Numbered from the stretch's first letter, positions 34,553-44,301 are shown. The stretch: 64,000 nt of DNA from an uncultured Planctomycetales bacterium (GCA_964545855.1 CAZJHD010000023.1:2423-66422); one strand, 5' to 3'. Numbers and translations: made by a program. Notes: generated from the sequence alone by a model not told the origin.

Positions 34553-36015
34553 GGACGGGCTCCGGCGGCGGGCGCCACGGGGCTCGGGAGCCGTGTGCTC
34601 GTCTCGTTCGACTCCGGAGAGCGGTTGCCCGCGAGGTCGTAGGCGCGCACGCGGTATCGGTACTCGACGCCGGCGGTCGCCGACTCGTCGTGGAAGCGCG
34701 GCGACTTCGCGGCGCCGATGCGCTCGAAGGCACCCGCGCCCTCGGCGCGGAGGACGTCGTAGCCGTAGACGGCTTCGCCGTCGGTCGCCGGCGACCAGAG
34801 GAGCTCGACCCTCCCCTTCGAGACCGTCGCGCGCAGCGCCGCGCCGCCCGACGGCCACACCGGCGGCTCGCGGTCGCTCGAGCGCGGCGCCTGCATCGCG
34901 CCCTTGGGCCAGAGGAAGCAGCGCACCTCCCGGAAGCTTTCGTCGAGGCTCTTGCAGACGTTGGCGTAGACGCACCCGATCACGCGGTCGGCGTCCCCGT
35001 CGCGCCACTTGCGCGGCAGGTCGGGGTCGGCGAGGAGCGGCCGCGCCATCCCCACGAGGTCGGCGTGCCCGTCCCGCAGAACCGACTCCGCGAGCGTCTC
35101 CGTGTGGATCTTCCCCGTCGCGACGACCGGGGTCGCGAGGCCCTGCGCGCGCACGAAGGCACGCAGCTCCGACGCGCTCGCGACGTTCGCGCCGTCGGGG
35201 TACGCGCGCCCCGGCATGCAGCGATCGCCGCTGTAGCCGGTGTAGGGGTAGAGCGGCTCTCCGGGCTTCGCGACGGCGTCCTCGAACTTCCCGCCGCTGC
35301 TGAGGGAGAGCCACGCCGCGCCGAGTCGCGCGAAGCGGAGCGCCGTGTGCTTCGTCTCCTCGACCGTCGCGCCGTCCTTGATGCACTCCTCCACGAGGAA
35401 GCGAACGCCCACGGGGAAGTCGTCTCCCACGGCCGCGCGGACGTCGGAGAGCACCTCGCTCGGGAGGCGGAGGCGATTCTCGAGGGAGCCGCCGTACTCG
35501 TCGGGGCGGCGGTTGCGGCGCGAGAGGAACGACGAGAGCGTGTAAGCGTGCGCCATGTGCAGCTCGACGGCGTCGAAGCCCGCGGTCCGCGCGCGGACCG
35601 CCGCCCGGGCGTACGCGTCGCGGATCCCCACGATGTCCGCCCGCGAGAGATCCGCCACGCGCTGCCGCCATCCGCTCCGCGAGATCTTGAGGAAGTGGAT
35701 GATCTGCGGCGCCACGAGGGACGGGGACCTGTCGCGCATCCGGCGCACGAGGTCGGCGAGTCCGGGGAGGAACGTGTCGTCCGAGATGCGCAGGAGCGGC
35801 CCCGACTTGCTCCCGTGGACGGCCATCGCCTCCAGGACGATGAGCCCGGGCTCCCCCTCCGCGAAGCGGAGGTAGCGCTCGCGGATCGCGTCGTTCACGA
35901 GCCCGTCCTCCCCCGAGAGGCGCGTCACCATCGCCGGGAGGACGATGCGGTTTCGGAGCCGCATCGTCCCGAGCGTGAAGGGCTCGAAGAGGAGCCGCGT
36001 CGGGGCGCCTCCCAT
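34549..36015 (-). CDS. NADH:flavin oxidoreductase (Old Yellow Enzyme family) with C-terminal fibronectin type III-like domain
   Basis: ATG 36015 is preceded by GAGGAGG. OYE strings are LRNRIVLPAMVT, FDAVELHMAHAYTLSSFLSRRNRRPDEYGGSLENRLR and DLVGMARPLLADPDLP. The C-terminal roughly 100 aa is Fn3-like (VELLWSPATDGEAVYGYDVLR...YRYRVRAYDLAGNRS). Only the last 488 codons of track ORF 34549..39453 are taken as real. Confidence 0.85.
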   Translation of the reverse strand: MGGAPTRLLFEPFTLGTMRLRNRIVLPAMVTRLSGEDGLVNDAIRERYLRFAEGEPGLIVLEAMAVHGSKSGPLLRISDDTFLPGLADLVRRMRDRSPSLVAPQIIHFLKISRSGWRQRVADLSRADIVGIRDAYARAAVRARTAGFDAVELHMAHAYTLSSFLSRRNRRPDEYGGSLENRLRLPSEVLSDVRAAVGDDFPVGVRFLVEECIKDGATVEETKHTALRFARLGAAWLSLSSGGKFEDAVAKPGEPLYPYTGYSGDRCMPGRAYPDGANVASASELRAFVRAQGLATPVVATGKIHTETLAESVLRDGHADLVGMARPLLADPDLPRKWRDGDADRVIGCVYANVCKSLDESFREVRCFLWPKGAMQAPRSSDREPPVWPSGGAALRATVSKGRVELLWSPATDGEAVYGYDVLRAEGAGAFERIGAAKSPRFHDESATAGVEYRYRVRAYDLAGNRSPESNETSTRLPSPVAPAAGARP

Positions 36016-36026
36016 GGGGCGCCTCC

Positions 36027-36398
36027 TCAGAAACCGCCGCCCACGTTGCCGGCGTGGAAGGGTCCGGAGGCGCGTCCCGTGAGGTGCTCGTCGGGGACGA
36101 GCAGCGGCCGGTGCGGCTCGCCCTTCGCGAGGGCGTCGCAGATCGCCGGCACGTCCTCGATCTTCACCCCGGCGTACCAGGTCTGCTCGGGGTAGACGAC
36201 GACGGTCGGTCCGAGGTGGCACTGGTCGAGGCAGCCGGCCTTGTTCACGCGGACGATCCCCTTCCACCCGCGGCGGTTGCACTCCTTCTTCAGTGCCTCG
36301 CGGATCGCGACCGAGTCCTTCGACGCGCAGCATCCCCGGGGGTCCTCGCCGGGGCGGACGTTCTCGCAGACGAAGACGTGGTGGCGGAACTTGGCCAT
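36027..36398 (-). CDS. (2Fe-2S) ferredoxin, thioredoxin-like fold type
   Basis: Sequence is MAKFRHHVFVCENVR...GCCASKDS...AGCLDQCHLGPTVVVYP. The Cys pattern and the HVFVC start are typical of this family. Confidence 0.75.
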   Translation of the reverse strand: MAKFRHHVFVCENVRPGEDPRGCCASKDSVAIREALKKECNRRGWKGIVRVNKAGCLDQCHLGPTVVVYPEQTWYAGVKIEDVPAICDALAKGEPHRPLLVPDEHLTGRASGPFHAGNVGGGF

Positions 36399-36509
36399 GG
36401 TGGTGCCGGGAGATGCGGCGACCGAGTCTACGCGAGCGGCCGCCCTCGCGCGGCGAGCCGACGCGCGGCGAGCCCGCGCGCCGGCGATGCAGCGCCGACG
36501 TGCGCCGGC

Positions 36510-39401
36510 TCAGCGCGCGAAGACCTCCGCCACGGGCGTGATCCGCACGCGGTCGGGTGCGAGGCCGAGGTCGAGCGCGCCGATCACCTCGTCCTCCGCC
36601 AGGAGCTCGGCGGGCTTCTTCGACTCGTAGGCGATCCGCGAGGGCTTCCCCGAGAGCAGCTCGTTGCGAAGCCCCTCGGCGTCCTTCGTGACGATCACGA
36701 CGCTCAGGTCGTCGCCCGAGAGGTGCTTGCGGATCGCCGCGTTCACGTCTTCCCGCGTGAGCTTCGCCAGGCGCTCTCGCATCGTCTCGGTGTACTCGCC
36801 GATCCCGTACCAGTCGCTGTCGAGCGCGTAGCCGAGCTGCTGATCCTGGGTCTTCGTCTGCAGGAAGACGTTCTTCATCAGGTAGCTGCGGGTCGCCTCG
36901 AAGTCGGCGGCGGAGAGCCCGTCGCGCACGAGCTTCCGCACCTCGTGCAGCGCGATGCGGAGCGCCATCGACGCCTGCTCCGGCGGCACGGGCCGGATCC
37001 AGACCTCGAAGATCTGCGCGCGCCGCGCGAGGTTCGGATCCGGGAAGAACTGATACATGCCGCGCGGGAACGCCTCGATGTAGGCGTAGTCGCCGTAGTT
37101 CATCCCACGGATCTCGCGGATCCGGTTGTAGAGGTGGGACATCGACGAGCGGTGCTCGCCGAGCCACGCCCGCGCCACGGAGAGCGCCGCGAAGTCGGGG
37201 TGGGCGCGCGTCACTTCGATCGGGTGCCCGAAGGAGATCGCCGTCGCGCGCGTCTCCTTCTGCACGATCTCGATCTCGAGGCCCTTCGGCTTCCGCGCGC
37301 GCGGGAACTCCCCGCGGGCCGAGCCGGTGGTGCCGAGGGACGCGAGGGATTCCCGGAGGCGGGGCAGCAGGGTCTCCGGCGCGTCCCCGGCGAGGCCGAT
37401 CGTCACGTTCCCGCTGGAGAAGTGGCGCCGGGCGCACTGCCGCACGTCGTCGAGCGTGATCGCTTCGAGGCCCGCCGCCGTCCCGAGCGTCGGATGCCCG
37501 TAGGAGCTGCCGGCGAAGAGATTCGCCTGCAACCGCTCCTTGCCGAGCTCCTCGTCGTTGTTCGTGCGCAGGTCCTGAAGGAGAGCGTTCTTCTGCGCCT
37601 CCTCGAGTCGCGCGAAGTCGCTCTCGCGGAACCCCGGGTCGAGGAGCTGCGCGAGCGCCACGTCGAGGAACAGCTCCACGTTGTCGCGGTGGATCGAGCC
37701 GCGGAACACCGTCATCTCGCGGTCGACCTGCGCGGAGAAGCTCCCCGCCACGGGGAAGAGCGCCTCCAGGATCTCGTCGATCTTGCGGGCGCGGCTCCCC
37801 GCCTCGGCGATCATCGAAGCCGTGAGGGCGGCGAGCCCCTCGCGCCCGGGAGGATCCGACGAGGAGCCGGCGCGGAAGAGGAGCTGGATCGAGAGCTGGG
37901 GATTCGCCGACTTCTGGACGATCGCGGGGATGCCGACGGCGTCGTCCGACGGCGCGGGGAGGAGCGACGCGAGGGACGGCGCCTCCTCGATGCCCGCGGG
38001 GAGCGGATCCTTGGAGACCGTCGTCACGACGAGCCTCGCGTCGGTGAAGTACTTCTCCGCGGCGGCGCGAAGCTGCTCCGCGTCCAGGCTCTCGTAGAGC
38101 CGGAACAGCCGGTTGAGCGTCTGGTAGGAGCGGCCGTAGTGCACGAACCGCGCGAGCACCGAGGCGATCGTCTCGGAGTTGTCGAGCGTGCGCGCGAATC
38201 CGTAGCGCGCGTTGCTCTTCCCGTCCTCGACCCGCTTCGGCGACAGCGCGCGCCGAGCCGATCGCGCCGCCGTCCTCAGGATCTCGTCGCGGACCCGCAG
38301 GGCGTCCTTCCCGTCCTTCAGGCGCGCGAAGATGGTCACGAGGGCGGGGTCCACGCCGCCGCCGGAGTCCGTGAAGATCGTGTCGACGATCTGCTCCTGG
38401 ACGACGAGTCGCTGGTAGATCTCGGAAGTCGGGCCGAAGGAGAGGTCGACGAGGAGGTCCATCGCCGCCTGGTCGGGCTCGGTCTCGGAGAACGCGGGAC
38501 CATGGAACGCGACGAGGAGGAGCGGGAGCGTGTCGCTCGGCCACGGAACGTGTGCGTAGACGGGGCCTCGGGGCTCCGGCTCGGCGGGGATCTGGACGGA
38601 CTGCGAGCCGCGCTTCCAGCTCCCGAAGTACTTCTCCACCAGGGGCACCGCCGTCTTCGCGTCCACGTCTCCCACGAGGACGATCGTCGTGTACTCGGGC
38701 CGGTACCAGCGGTCGAAGAACGTCCGCGAGTACGCGAACTGGTTGGGCATGTCCTCGATGTCCGCGAGGAAGCCCATCGGCGTGTGCTTGTAGGTGTGCG
38801 TCGAGTAGGCCTTCTCGCGCTGGACCTCGATCGCCTTCTGGATCGGGTTCGCGCTGTTCTTGTTGTACTCGCCGAGAACGGCCTTGGCCTCCGTTTCGAA
38901 GGCCTCCTTCGGGTAGTCGAGTCGCTGGAAGCGATCCGCTTCGATCTCGAGGATCTTCGCGAGGTCCTCCTTCGCGAACGTCACGTGGTAGTTCGTGTAG
39001 TCGTCCGACGTGTAGGCGTTCTGCCTCGCGCCGGCGCGCGTGATGATCTCCTGGTACGCCTCCGGCGGGTACGCCTTCGTCCCGCGGAACATCATGTGCT
39101 CGAAGAAGTGGGCGAAGCCCGTCTTGCCGGGCTCCACTTCGTTGCGCGCCCCGGTCTGCACCGGGATCTGGAGCGACACGAGGTTCGGGAATCCGGTCGG
39201 CACCACGATCACCCGGAGACCATTCGCGAGCTCCGTCTCCGTCGCGGGGAACGGGAGCACGTCGGTTGCCTGCGTCCGATGGTCGGCGGCGGCTCCGGCG
39301 GAGGCGACGAGGCGGGACGGCGGCGCGGGCTCGCCGCCGTCGGGAGACGAGCACGCGGACACGACGGACATGGCGAGGACGATCGGGAGGACGTTGCGCA
39401 T
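36510..39401 (-). CDS. M16 (pitrilysin) family zinc peptidase lipoprotein, duplicated M16 unit
   Basis: ATG 39401 gives MRNVLPIVLAMSVVSACSS (lipobox). The inverted zincin motif HxxEH is in GFAHFFEHMMFRGT. A second, HxxEH-less M16-like half makes a 963-aa protein. Confidence 0.85.
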   Translation of the reverse strand: MRNVLPIVLAMSVVSACSSPDGGEPAPPSRLVASAGAAADHRTQATDVLPFPATETELANGLRVIVVPTGFPNLVSLQIPVQTGARNEVEPGKTGFAHFFEHMMFRGTKAYPPEAYQEIITRAGARQNAYTSDDYTNYHVTFAKEDLAKILEIEADRFQRLDYPKEAFETEAKAVLGEYNKNSANPIQKAIEVQREKAYSTHTYKHTPMGFLADIEDMPNQFAYSRTFFDRWYRPEYTTIVLVGDVDAKTAVPLVEKYFGSWKRGSQSVQIPAEPEPRGPVYAHVPWPSDTLPLLLVAFHGPAFSETEPDQAAMDLLVDLSFGPTSEIYQRLVVQEQIVDTIFTDSGGGVDPALVTIFARLKDGKDALRVRDEILRTAARSARRALSPKRVEDGKSNARYGFARTLDNSETIASVLARFVHYGRSYQTLNRLFRLYESLDAEQLRAAAEKYFTDARLVVTTVSKDPLPAGIEEAPSLASLLPAPSDDAVGIPAIVQKSANPQLSIQLLFRAGSSSDPPGREGLAALTASMIAEAGSRARKIDEILEALFPVAGSFSAQVDREMTVFRGSIHRDNVELFLDVALAQLLDPGFRESDFARLEEAQKNALLQDLRTNNDEELGKERLQANLFAGSSYGHPTLGTAAGLEAITLDDVRQCARRHFSSGNVTIGLAGDAPETLLPRLRESLASLGTTGSARGEFPRARKPKGLEIEIVQKETRATAISFGHPIEVTRAHPDFAALSVARAWLGEHRSSMSHLYNRIREIRGMNYGDYAYIEAFPRGMYQFFPDPNLARRAQIFEVWIRPVPPEQASMALRIALHEVRKLVRDGLSAADFEATRSYLMKNVFLQTKTQDQQLGYALDSDWYGIGEYTETMRERLAKLTREDVNAAIRKHLSGDDLSVVIVTKDAEGLRNELLSGKPSRIAYESKKPAELLAEDEVIGALDLGLAPDRVRITPVAEVFAR

Positions 39402-39541
39402 GGGGCTCGGGAGTTGGGCCGGGATGGTAGGTAGCCACCCGAGCATCGTCCACGTCGCGGGAGCGCGACGGTCTCGCCGACGCCAGCGCCCCGCATCGCG
39501 CGCCGGCGCCCGAAGCGGGGTGCCGGCGCGCGACGCGTCGA

Positions 39542-40480
39542 TCACCGTCCCGCCTTCGGGGGCACGGCGAGCACGTCCACGTGCGCCGTGCGCACCACGC
39601 GCTCCGCGACGCTGCCGAGGAGGAGCCTCTCGACTCCGCGCCTCGAGTGGGTCGCCATCGCGATCAGCTCCGCACGCTCGCGGCGCGCGATGTCGACGAC
39701 GGCCTGGCGCGGGTCTCCTTCCGAGACGACGTACTCCACGTCGCCGGATTCGTAGCCCGCCTCCTCCACGAGGGACTCGAGGCTCTCCTCGACGGCTCGG
39801 CGGCGGGCGATGCGCGCCGTCGCCTTCCCCTCCATCGGCTCGACGACGTGCGCGACCACGACCTGCGCCTCGGGGAGGAGCTTGCGCACGAAGCCGAGGC
39901 AGCGGAGCGAGAGGGGCGAGAAATCGACCGCGACGAGGATCCTCCCGTAGGGCTTCGCGCCACGGCCCCGAACGAGCAGCACGGGGGTCGTCCCGCTGCG
40001 CAGCACGCGCTCCGCCGTCGACCCGAGGAGGTACCTCTCGGCGAGGGTGGCCGGCGCATGCACGCCGATGCAGACGAGACGCGCCTTGCGTCGGGCTGCG
40101 ACCGAGGTCAACGCCTCGTGGGCCGCTCCCTGCCGCACGACGCGCTCGACGGCGAGATCGTCCGCGAGATCGACGTGGCCGATCTCCCTCTCCGCCTCGA
40201 CGAGGGCCGCTCGCATCGCCGAGGCCGGCGCCTCGAAGGTCGAGGTCCCGGATCCAGTCCAGGTGCCCGGCAGAGGCGTGCCGGCGCGTGCGCCGATCTC
40301 GGGAACGGAGTGCACGACGAGGAGCGGTGCTCCCGTGGCGCGCGCGACCTGCGCGGCGCGCTCCACCGCGGGAGCCGCGCCTCGCGAGAAGTCGGTTCCG
40401 ACGACGACGGGAGCGGACTTCGAGCGGGAGGCAGGGCGCGAGGAACGGGCGCGAGGAGTCGGTGCGGAAGGCGACGGCAT
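39542..40480 (-). CDS. Universal stress protein, tandem UspA domains
   Basis: There are two Usp repeats, each ending with a GSxxxxV motif (LLGSTAERVLRSGTTPVLLV and LLGSVAERVVRTAHVDVLAV). ATG 40480 is chosen within ORF 39542..40540. Confidence 0.8.
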   Translation of the reverse strand: MPSPSAPTPRARSSRPASRSKSAPVVVGTDFSRGAAPAVERAAQVARATGAPLLVVHSVPEIGARAGTPLPGTWTGSGTSTFEAPASAMRAALVEAEREIGHVDLADDLAVERVVRQGAAHEALTSVAARRKARLVCIGVHAPATLAERYLLGSTAERVLRSGTTPVLLVRGRGAKPYGRILVAVDFSPLSLRCLGFVRKLLPEAQVVVAHVVEPMEGKATARIARRRAVEESLESLVEEAGYESGDVEYVVSEGDPRQAVVDIARRERAELIAMATHSRRGVERLLLGSVAERVVRTAHVDVLAVPPKAGR

Positions 40481-40681
40481 GGTTCTCTCGGGGTCGGAGG
40501 AGCCCGGGTCCGAGCAGATCCAGTGCCCGGATCTCCCCAACGTGGCCTCGGCTTGAGGTCCGTCAAGCCGCGACCCGAGGACGGCGGTCCGCCCGAGGGG
40601 CTGCGTGGTCGTGAGAGGACCGGCGCTGGGCGACCGCCGGCTGCGGCTCCTTCGCGACCTCCGCGCCCGCTTCCTCTGCCG

Positions 40682-42382
40682 CTACTCGGCGACGCGCGCG
40701 AAGGGCAGGTAGCGCGCCCGCGGCGTGTTCAGCACGAGTCCCGTCACGCGGCCCTGCCCGTCGCGCGCGAAGAGGAGCGCCGACCCGCCCGTCGTGAAAG
40801 CCGTGTCGCCGACGCGCTGCAGGACTTCTCCTTCGATCGTCTTCGCCCGCACGACGAGCTGCTCGCCCTCGAGGGAGACCGTCAGATCCGCCGGCACCTC
40901 GTCGCTGTGGAATCGACCGATGAACGGCGCCAGGTCCTCGCGTCGGGCCGCCGTCGCGACGACGCGATCGAACGTCGCGCGGCCCGTCGCACCGCCGCTG
41001 CGAATCAGGCGCTCGACGCCGTCCTCCGTCTCGAGCGCGTAGCGCGTCGTCCCGCGAGGCGTCCGGAACGTGCCCGTCTCGGCGGGCACCAGCTCCCGGC
41101 GCATCCCCAGGATGTCGAGGAAGAGGCGATCGCCCTCGCGCGACACCTCGAAGCGGAGCCCCGTCTCCGGCTCCCACCAGGCGCCCGCCATGCGCGCCAG
41201 GAGCGACTCGGGGGCGGCGGCTCCCGCCGGCCGGCTCTCCGGCTCGGCGACCGCGGTCTGCTCGGTGATCGCTGCCGCCACGCGCGCCGCGAGCGCGCTC
41301 GGGTCGCTGCTCGAAAGGTTGCTGACGCAGGCGATCGCGAGCCCCTGATCCGGCAAACGGAGGAGATCGGCGCGGTAGCCGGCCCAAGCTCCCCCGTGGC
41401 TCACCGTCCTCGGGTTCTGCCCGTCGGAGTGGAAGAGCCCGAAGCCGTAGCCGTGGACGGTGCCGTCGGCGAGCGTGCCGCGCGTCTCCATCGCACGGAG
41501 GAATGCCGGCCCTCCGACATCGCCCGTCGTGAAGTTGCGCGCCCAGAGCAGCAGATCGCCCACGGTCGTCAGCACCGCGCCGTCCCCGGTCTGCTCGTAG
41601 TCCGACATCTCGATGTGGAAGCCTCCGCCGTCGCGGGGCGAGTACCCCGTGGCGCGGCGCGGAACGATCCGCGAGAAGTCGTCCAGGTACTGAGTGCTTC
41701 CCATGCCGAGGGGCTCGAAGAGCCGCTCGCGCGCGAAGGCCCCCAGAGGCTTCCCGGCCACACGCTCGACGACGAAGGAGAGCAGCAGGTAGTTCGAGTT
41801 GCTGTACTCGTGCCGCGCGCCCGGCGGGAAGTGCGTGCCACGCTGGCGGCAGACGATCTCCAGCGCATCCCGCATCGTGACGAGGTCCTGCGGATGGGAG
41901 CCCCCGATCCAGAGGAGCGAGAGGTAGTCGCGGAGCCCGCTCGTGTGGTGCAGGAGGTGCCGCAGCGTGATGGGCGCTCCGTAGGACGGGAGCTCGGGGA
42001 CGAAGCGGCGGACGTCGTCGTCGAGAGAGAGCTTGCCCTCGAGGGAGAGGAGCACGACGCAGGAGGCCGTGAACTGCTTGCTCGTCGAGCCGATGTCGAA
42101 CACGGTGTCGGCTCCGTTGCGGATCCCGTGCTCGAGGTTCGCCATGCCGTAGCCGCGGGCGAGGACGACCACTCCGTTGCGCGAGACGCCGACCACCGCA
42201 CCGGGCGTCTCGGTCCCGGCGAGGTCCGCGAAGATCCCGTCGATCTTCCGCTCCACGTCGGCACCGAGCGCTGCGCCCCGCGCCACGGGATCCGGATTCG
42301 GCGCCGGATCGGACGCACACGCGCCGACGGCGAGGAGGAGGAATGCTGCGGCGCGAGAAGGACCCGAGGGTGGCTTCGCCAT
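40682..42382 (-). CDS. Serine hydrolase (beta-lactamase-related, class C-like) lipoprotein with C-terminal extra domain
   Basis: The lipobox is in LLLAVGACAS. SxxK is in DIGSTSKQF and YxN is in YSNSNY. A later HGG motif is present (SHGGAWAGY). Confidence 0.85.
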   Translation of the reverse strand: MAKPPSGPSRAAAFLLLAVGACASDPAPNPDPVARGAALGADVERKIDGIFADLAGTETPGAVVGVSRNGVVVLARGYGMANLEHGIRNGADTVFDIGSTSKQFTASCVVLLSLEGKLSLDDDVRRFVPELPSYGAPITLRHLLHHTSGLRDYLSLLWIGGSHPQDLVTMRDALEIVCRQRGTHFPPGARHEYSNSNYLLLSFVVERVAGKPLGAFARERLFEPLGMGSTQYLDDFSRIVPRRATGYSPRDGGGFHIEMSDYEQTGDGAVLTTVGDLLLWARNFTTGDVGGPAFLRAMETRGTLADGTVHGYGFGLFHSDGQNPRTVSHGGAWAGYRADLLRLPDQGLAIACVSNLSSSDPSALAARVAAAITEQTAVAEPESRPAGAAAPESLLARMAGAWWEPETGLRFEVSREGDRLFLDILGMRRELVPAETGTFRTPRGTTRYALETEDGVERLIRSGGATGRATFDRVVATAARREDLAPFIGRFHSDEVPADLTVSLEGEQLVVRAKTIEGEVLQRVGDTAFTTGGSALLFARDGQGRVTGLVLNTPRARYLPFARVAE

Positions 42383-42419
42383 GGTTCGAGGGGCGTGCGC
42401 CCCGAGGAATCGCGGGAGC

Positions 42420-43130
42420 CTACCAACTCGCTGCGCCCGATCGCCGTCGGCGGCCGGGGAGGACGTGGGCGACGATCCCGGCGAACGGGTTGCGCCCCCG
42501 GGAGAGCCGCCTCTCGAGCCCCGGGAGGAGCGTCGTGAGGGAAGGCGGGAGGACGCGGACGCCCCGCACGGGGCCCTGCGGCGCTCCGGCCGCGCGCGCC
42601 ATCGCGTCGAGGCGCCGGCGCGGGACGAAGCGCGCCCGGGAGAAGATCGGGTGTCCGCGCAGGCTCGCGATCCGCCGCCAGGCGCCGATCCACGACCGCG
42701 TGTTCAGAGCCAGCACCGCGACGCGATCCGTCGAGACGCGCTGCGCCTCGGCGAGGCAACGGGCCGGGTCGTCCACGAAATCGAGCACCGAGAAGAAGAA
42801 CGCGGCGTCGAAGGCGCCGTCCGCGAAGGGCAGATCCTCGGCAGCCGCACGCACCACGGGCACGCGCCCCCGCGCGACGGCGAGCATCCGCGCCGAGGGG
42901 TCGGCGCCGACGACCCAGTGGCCGCGTCGACGGAGCACCTCGGCGAAGCTCCCCGTCCCGCAGCCGATCTCGAGGACCCGCGCGCCCGGCCGCAGCCCGG
43001 CCAGCGCCTCCTCCAGGAGACCCGTCTCGAGCTCGATCGCGAGGCGCGCGTAGGCGAGACGCTGCCAGCCCTCGTAGCCCGCGACGACGGACGGATCGTC
43101 GAAGGGCCGCTCCGCCGCGTCCGCCCGCAC
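42420..43130 (-). CDS. Class I SAM-dependent methyltransferase
   Basis: Motif I is VLEIGCGTGSF, with the acidic post-I residue in VVGADPS and motif II-like FDAAFFFSVLDFV. The start is GTG, 1 nt after the upstream stop. Confidence 0.8.
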   Translation of the reverse strand: MRADAAERPFDDPSVVAGYEGWQRLAYARLAIELETGLLEEALAGLRPGARVLEIGCGTGSFAEVLRRRGHWVVGADPSARMLAVARGRVPVVRAAAEDLPFADGAFDAAFFFSVLDFVDDPARCLAEAQRVSTDRVAVLALNTRSWIGAWRRIASLRGHPIFSRARFVPRRRLDAMARAAGAPQGPVRGVRVLPPSLTTLLPGLERRLSRGRNPFAGIVAHVLPGRRRRSGAASW

Positions 43131-43131
43131 G

Positions 43132-44301
43132 TCAGCCGTCCAGCAGCGCGCGCGCGATCACGAGCCTCTGGATCTCGCTCGTCCCTTCGTAGATCCGGAG
43201 AGCGCGTGCTTCGCGGTAGAGCCGCTCGACGGGGGTGCCGTGGGTGACGCCGAGTCCGCCATGGAGCTGCACGGCGCGGTCGATCACGCGAGAGGCCGCT
43301 TCCGTGGCATGGAGCTTCGCCATGGAGACGGCGAGGGTGCCGTCGGTCGCGCCGCGGTCGTGGCTCGCCGCCGCGCGGTAGACGAGGAGGCGCGAGGCCT
43401 CGAGCTCCGTCGCCATCTCCGCGATCGCGGCCCGCACGAGCTGCTGCTCGGAGAGCGGCTTCCCGAACTGCACGCGCGCGCGCACGTGCGCGATCGAGTC
43501 GTCGAGGGCGCGCTGCGCGAGACCGCAGGCGGCGGCGCCGACGCTCGTGCGGAAGACGTCGAGGTTGCCGAGGGCGAGGCGGAGCCCCTTTCCCTCCTCT
43601 CCCAGCAGGTGTGTCGCTGGAACACGCACTCCCTCGAAGCGCAGCGTGCCGATCGGATGCGGACCGAGCACTCGCTGGCGCTCGACGCGGAGCCCCTCCG
43701 TCGCGGCCGGAACGAAGACGAGGGAGAGCCCCTTGCTCCCGGGCGTCTCGTTCGTGCGCGCGAGCACCGTGTAGAAGTCGGCGACACCGGCGTTGCTGAT
43801 GAACGTCTTCGTGCCGTCGAGCACGAGCGTGTCTCCGTCGCGTCGCGCCGTCGTGCGCGCGGAGCCGATGTCGCTCCCGGCCTCGGGCTCCGTGACGGCG
43901 AAGGCCGCGATCGCCTCGCCCGCGACCACGCGCGGCAGCCACGTCCGGGCGAGCTCCTCGTGTCCGGCGGACGCGATCGGGAGGCTTCCGAGCCCCTGGA
44001 GCACGAAGCAGGTGTCCGCGAATCCGCTCGCGTGGGCGAGCTTCTCGCGCGCGACGCAGAGCGCGCGCACGTCGATCACGGGGAAGCGTCCGCCGTAGGC
44101 GCCCGGCACGACGAGGTCGAGGAGCCCCGCCGACGCGAGCTCCCCCACCATGAGGCGCGCCGTGTCGTCCTCCGAGGACGCACCCCGGTCGAAGGCATCC
44201 TGCAGGGGAGCCATGCGGTCGCGCGCCACGCGCGCGACCTCCGACGCGAGGGCGAAGTGGAGGTCGTCGAAGAAGAAGTGCTCCAGGGAGGAACGGCTCA
44301 T
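43132..44301 (-). CDS. Acyl-CoA dehydrogenase
   Basis: ATG 44301 (MSRSSLEHFFF) overlaps the upstream stop (ATGA). ACAD strings are AFAVTEPEAGSD, GTKTFISNAG and IYEGTSEIQRLVIAR. Confidence 0.85.
   Translation of the reverse strand: MSRSSLEHFFFDDLHFALASEVARVARDRMAPLQDAFDRGASSEDDTARLMVGELASAGLLDLVVPGAYGGRFPVIDVRALCVAREKLAHASGFADTCFVLQGLGSLPIASAGHEELARTWLPRVVAGEAIAAFAVTEPEAGSDIGSARTTARRDGDTLVLDGTKTFISNAGVADFYTVLARTNETPGSKGLSLVFVPAATEGLRVERQRVLGPHPIGTLRFEGVRVPATHLLGEEGKGLRLALGNLDVFRTSVGAAACGLAQRALDDSIAHVRARVQFGKPLSEQQLVRAAIAEMATELEASRLLVYRAAASHDRGATDGTLAVSMAKLHATEAASRVIDRAVQLHGGLGVTHGTPVERLYREARALRIYEGTSEIQRLVIARALLDG

Noticed and set aside
36217-36222. A TGGCAC hexamer as a sigma-54 -24 element.
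   Set aside because: It lies inside the ferredoxin coding sequence on the opposite strand, and GAGG rather than TTGC follows after the 5-nt spacer.
36447-36474. A 13-nt direct repeat, CGCGCGGCGAGCC x2 with period 15, between the M16 peptidase and ferredoxin genes.
   Set aside because: It is short, has only two copies, and consists of simple GC-rich sequence that recurs by chance in this composition. No associated structure or function could be argued beyond a possible weak hairpin nearby.
34549-39453. A 1634-aa minus-strand ORF that looks like one giant gene.
   Set aside because: Only the last 488 codons (from ATG 36015, preceded by GAGGAGG) read as a real protein (OYE). Upstream, the same frame overlays the ferredoxin and M16 peptidase genes, which are convincingly coded in other frames.
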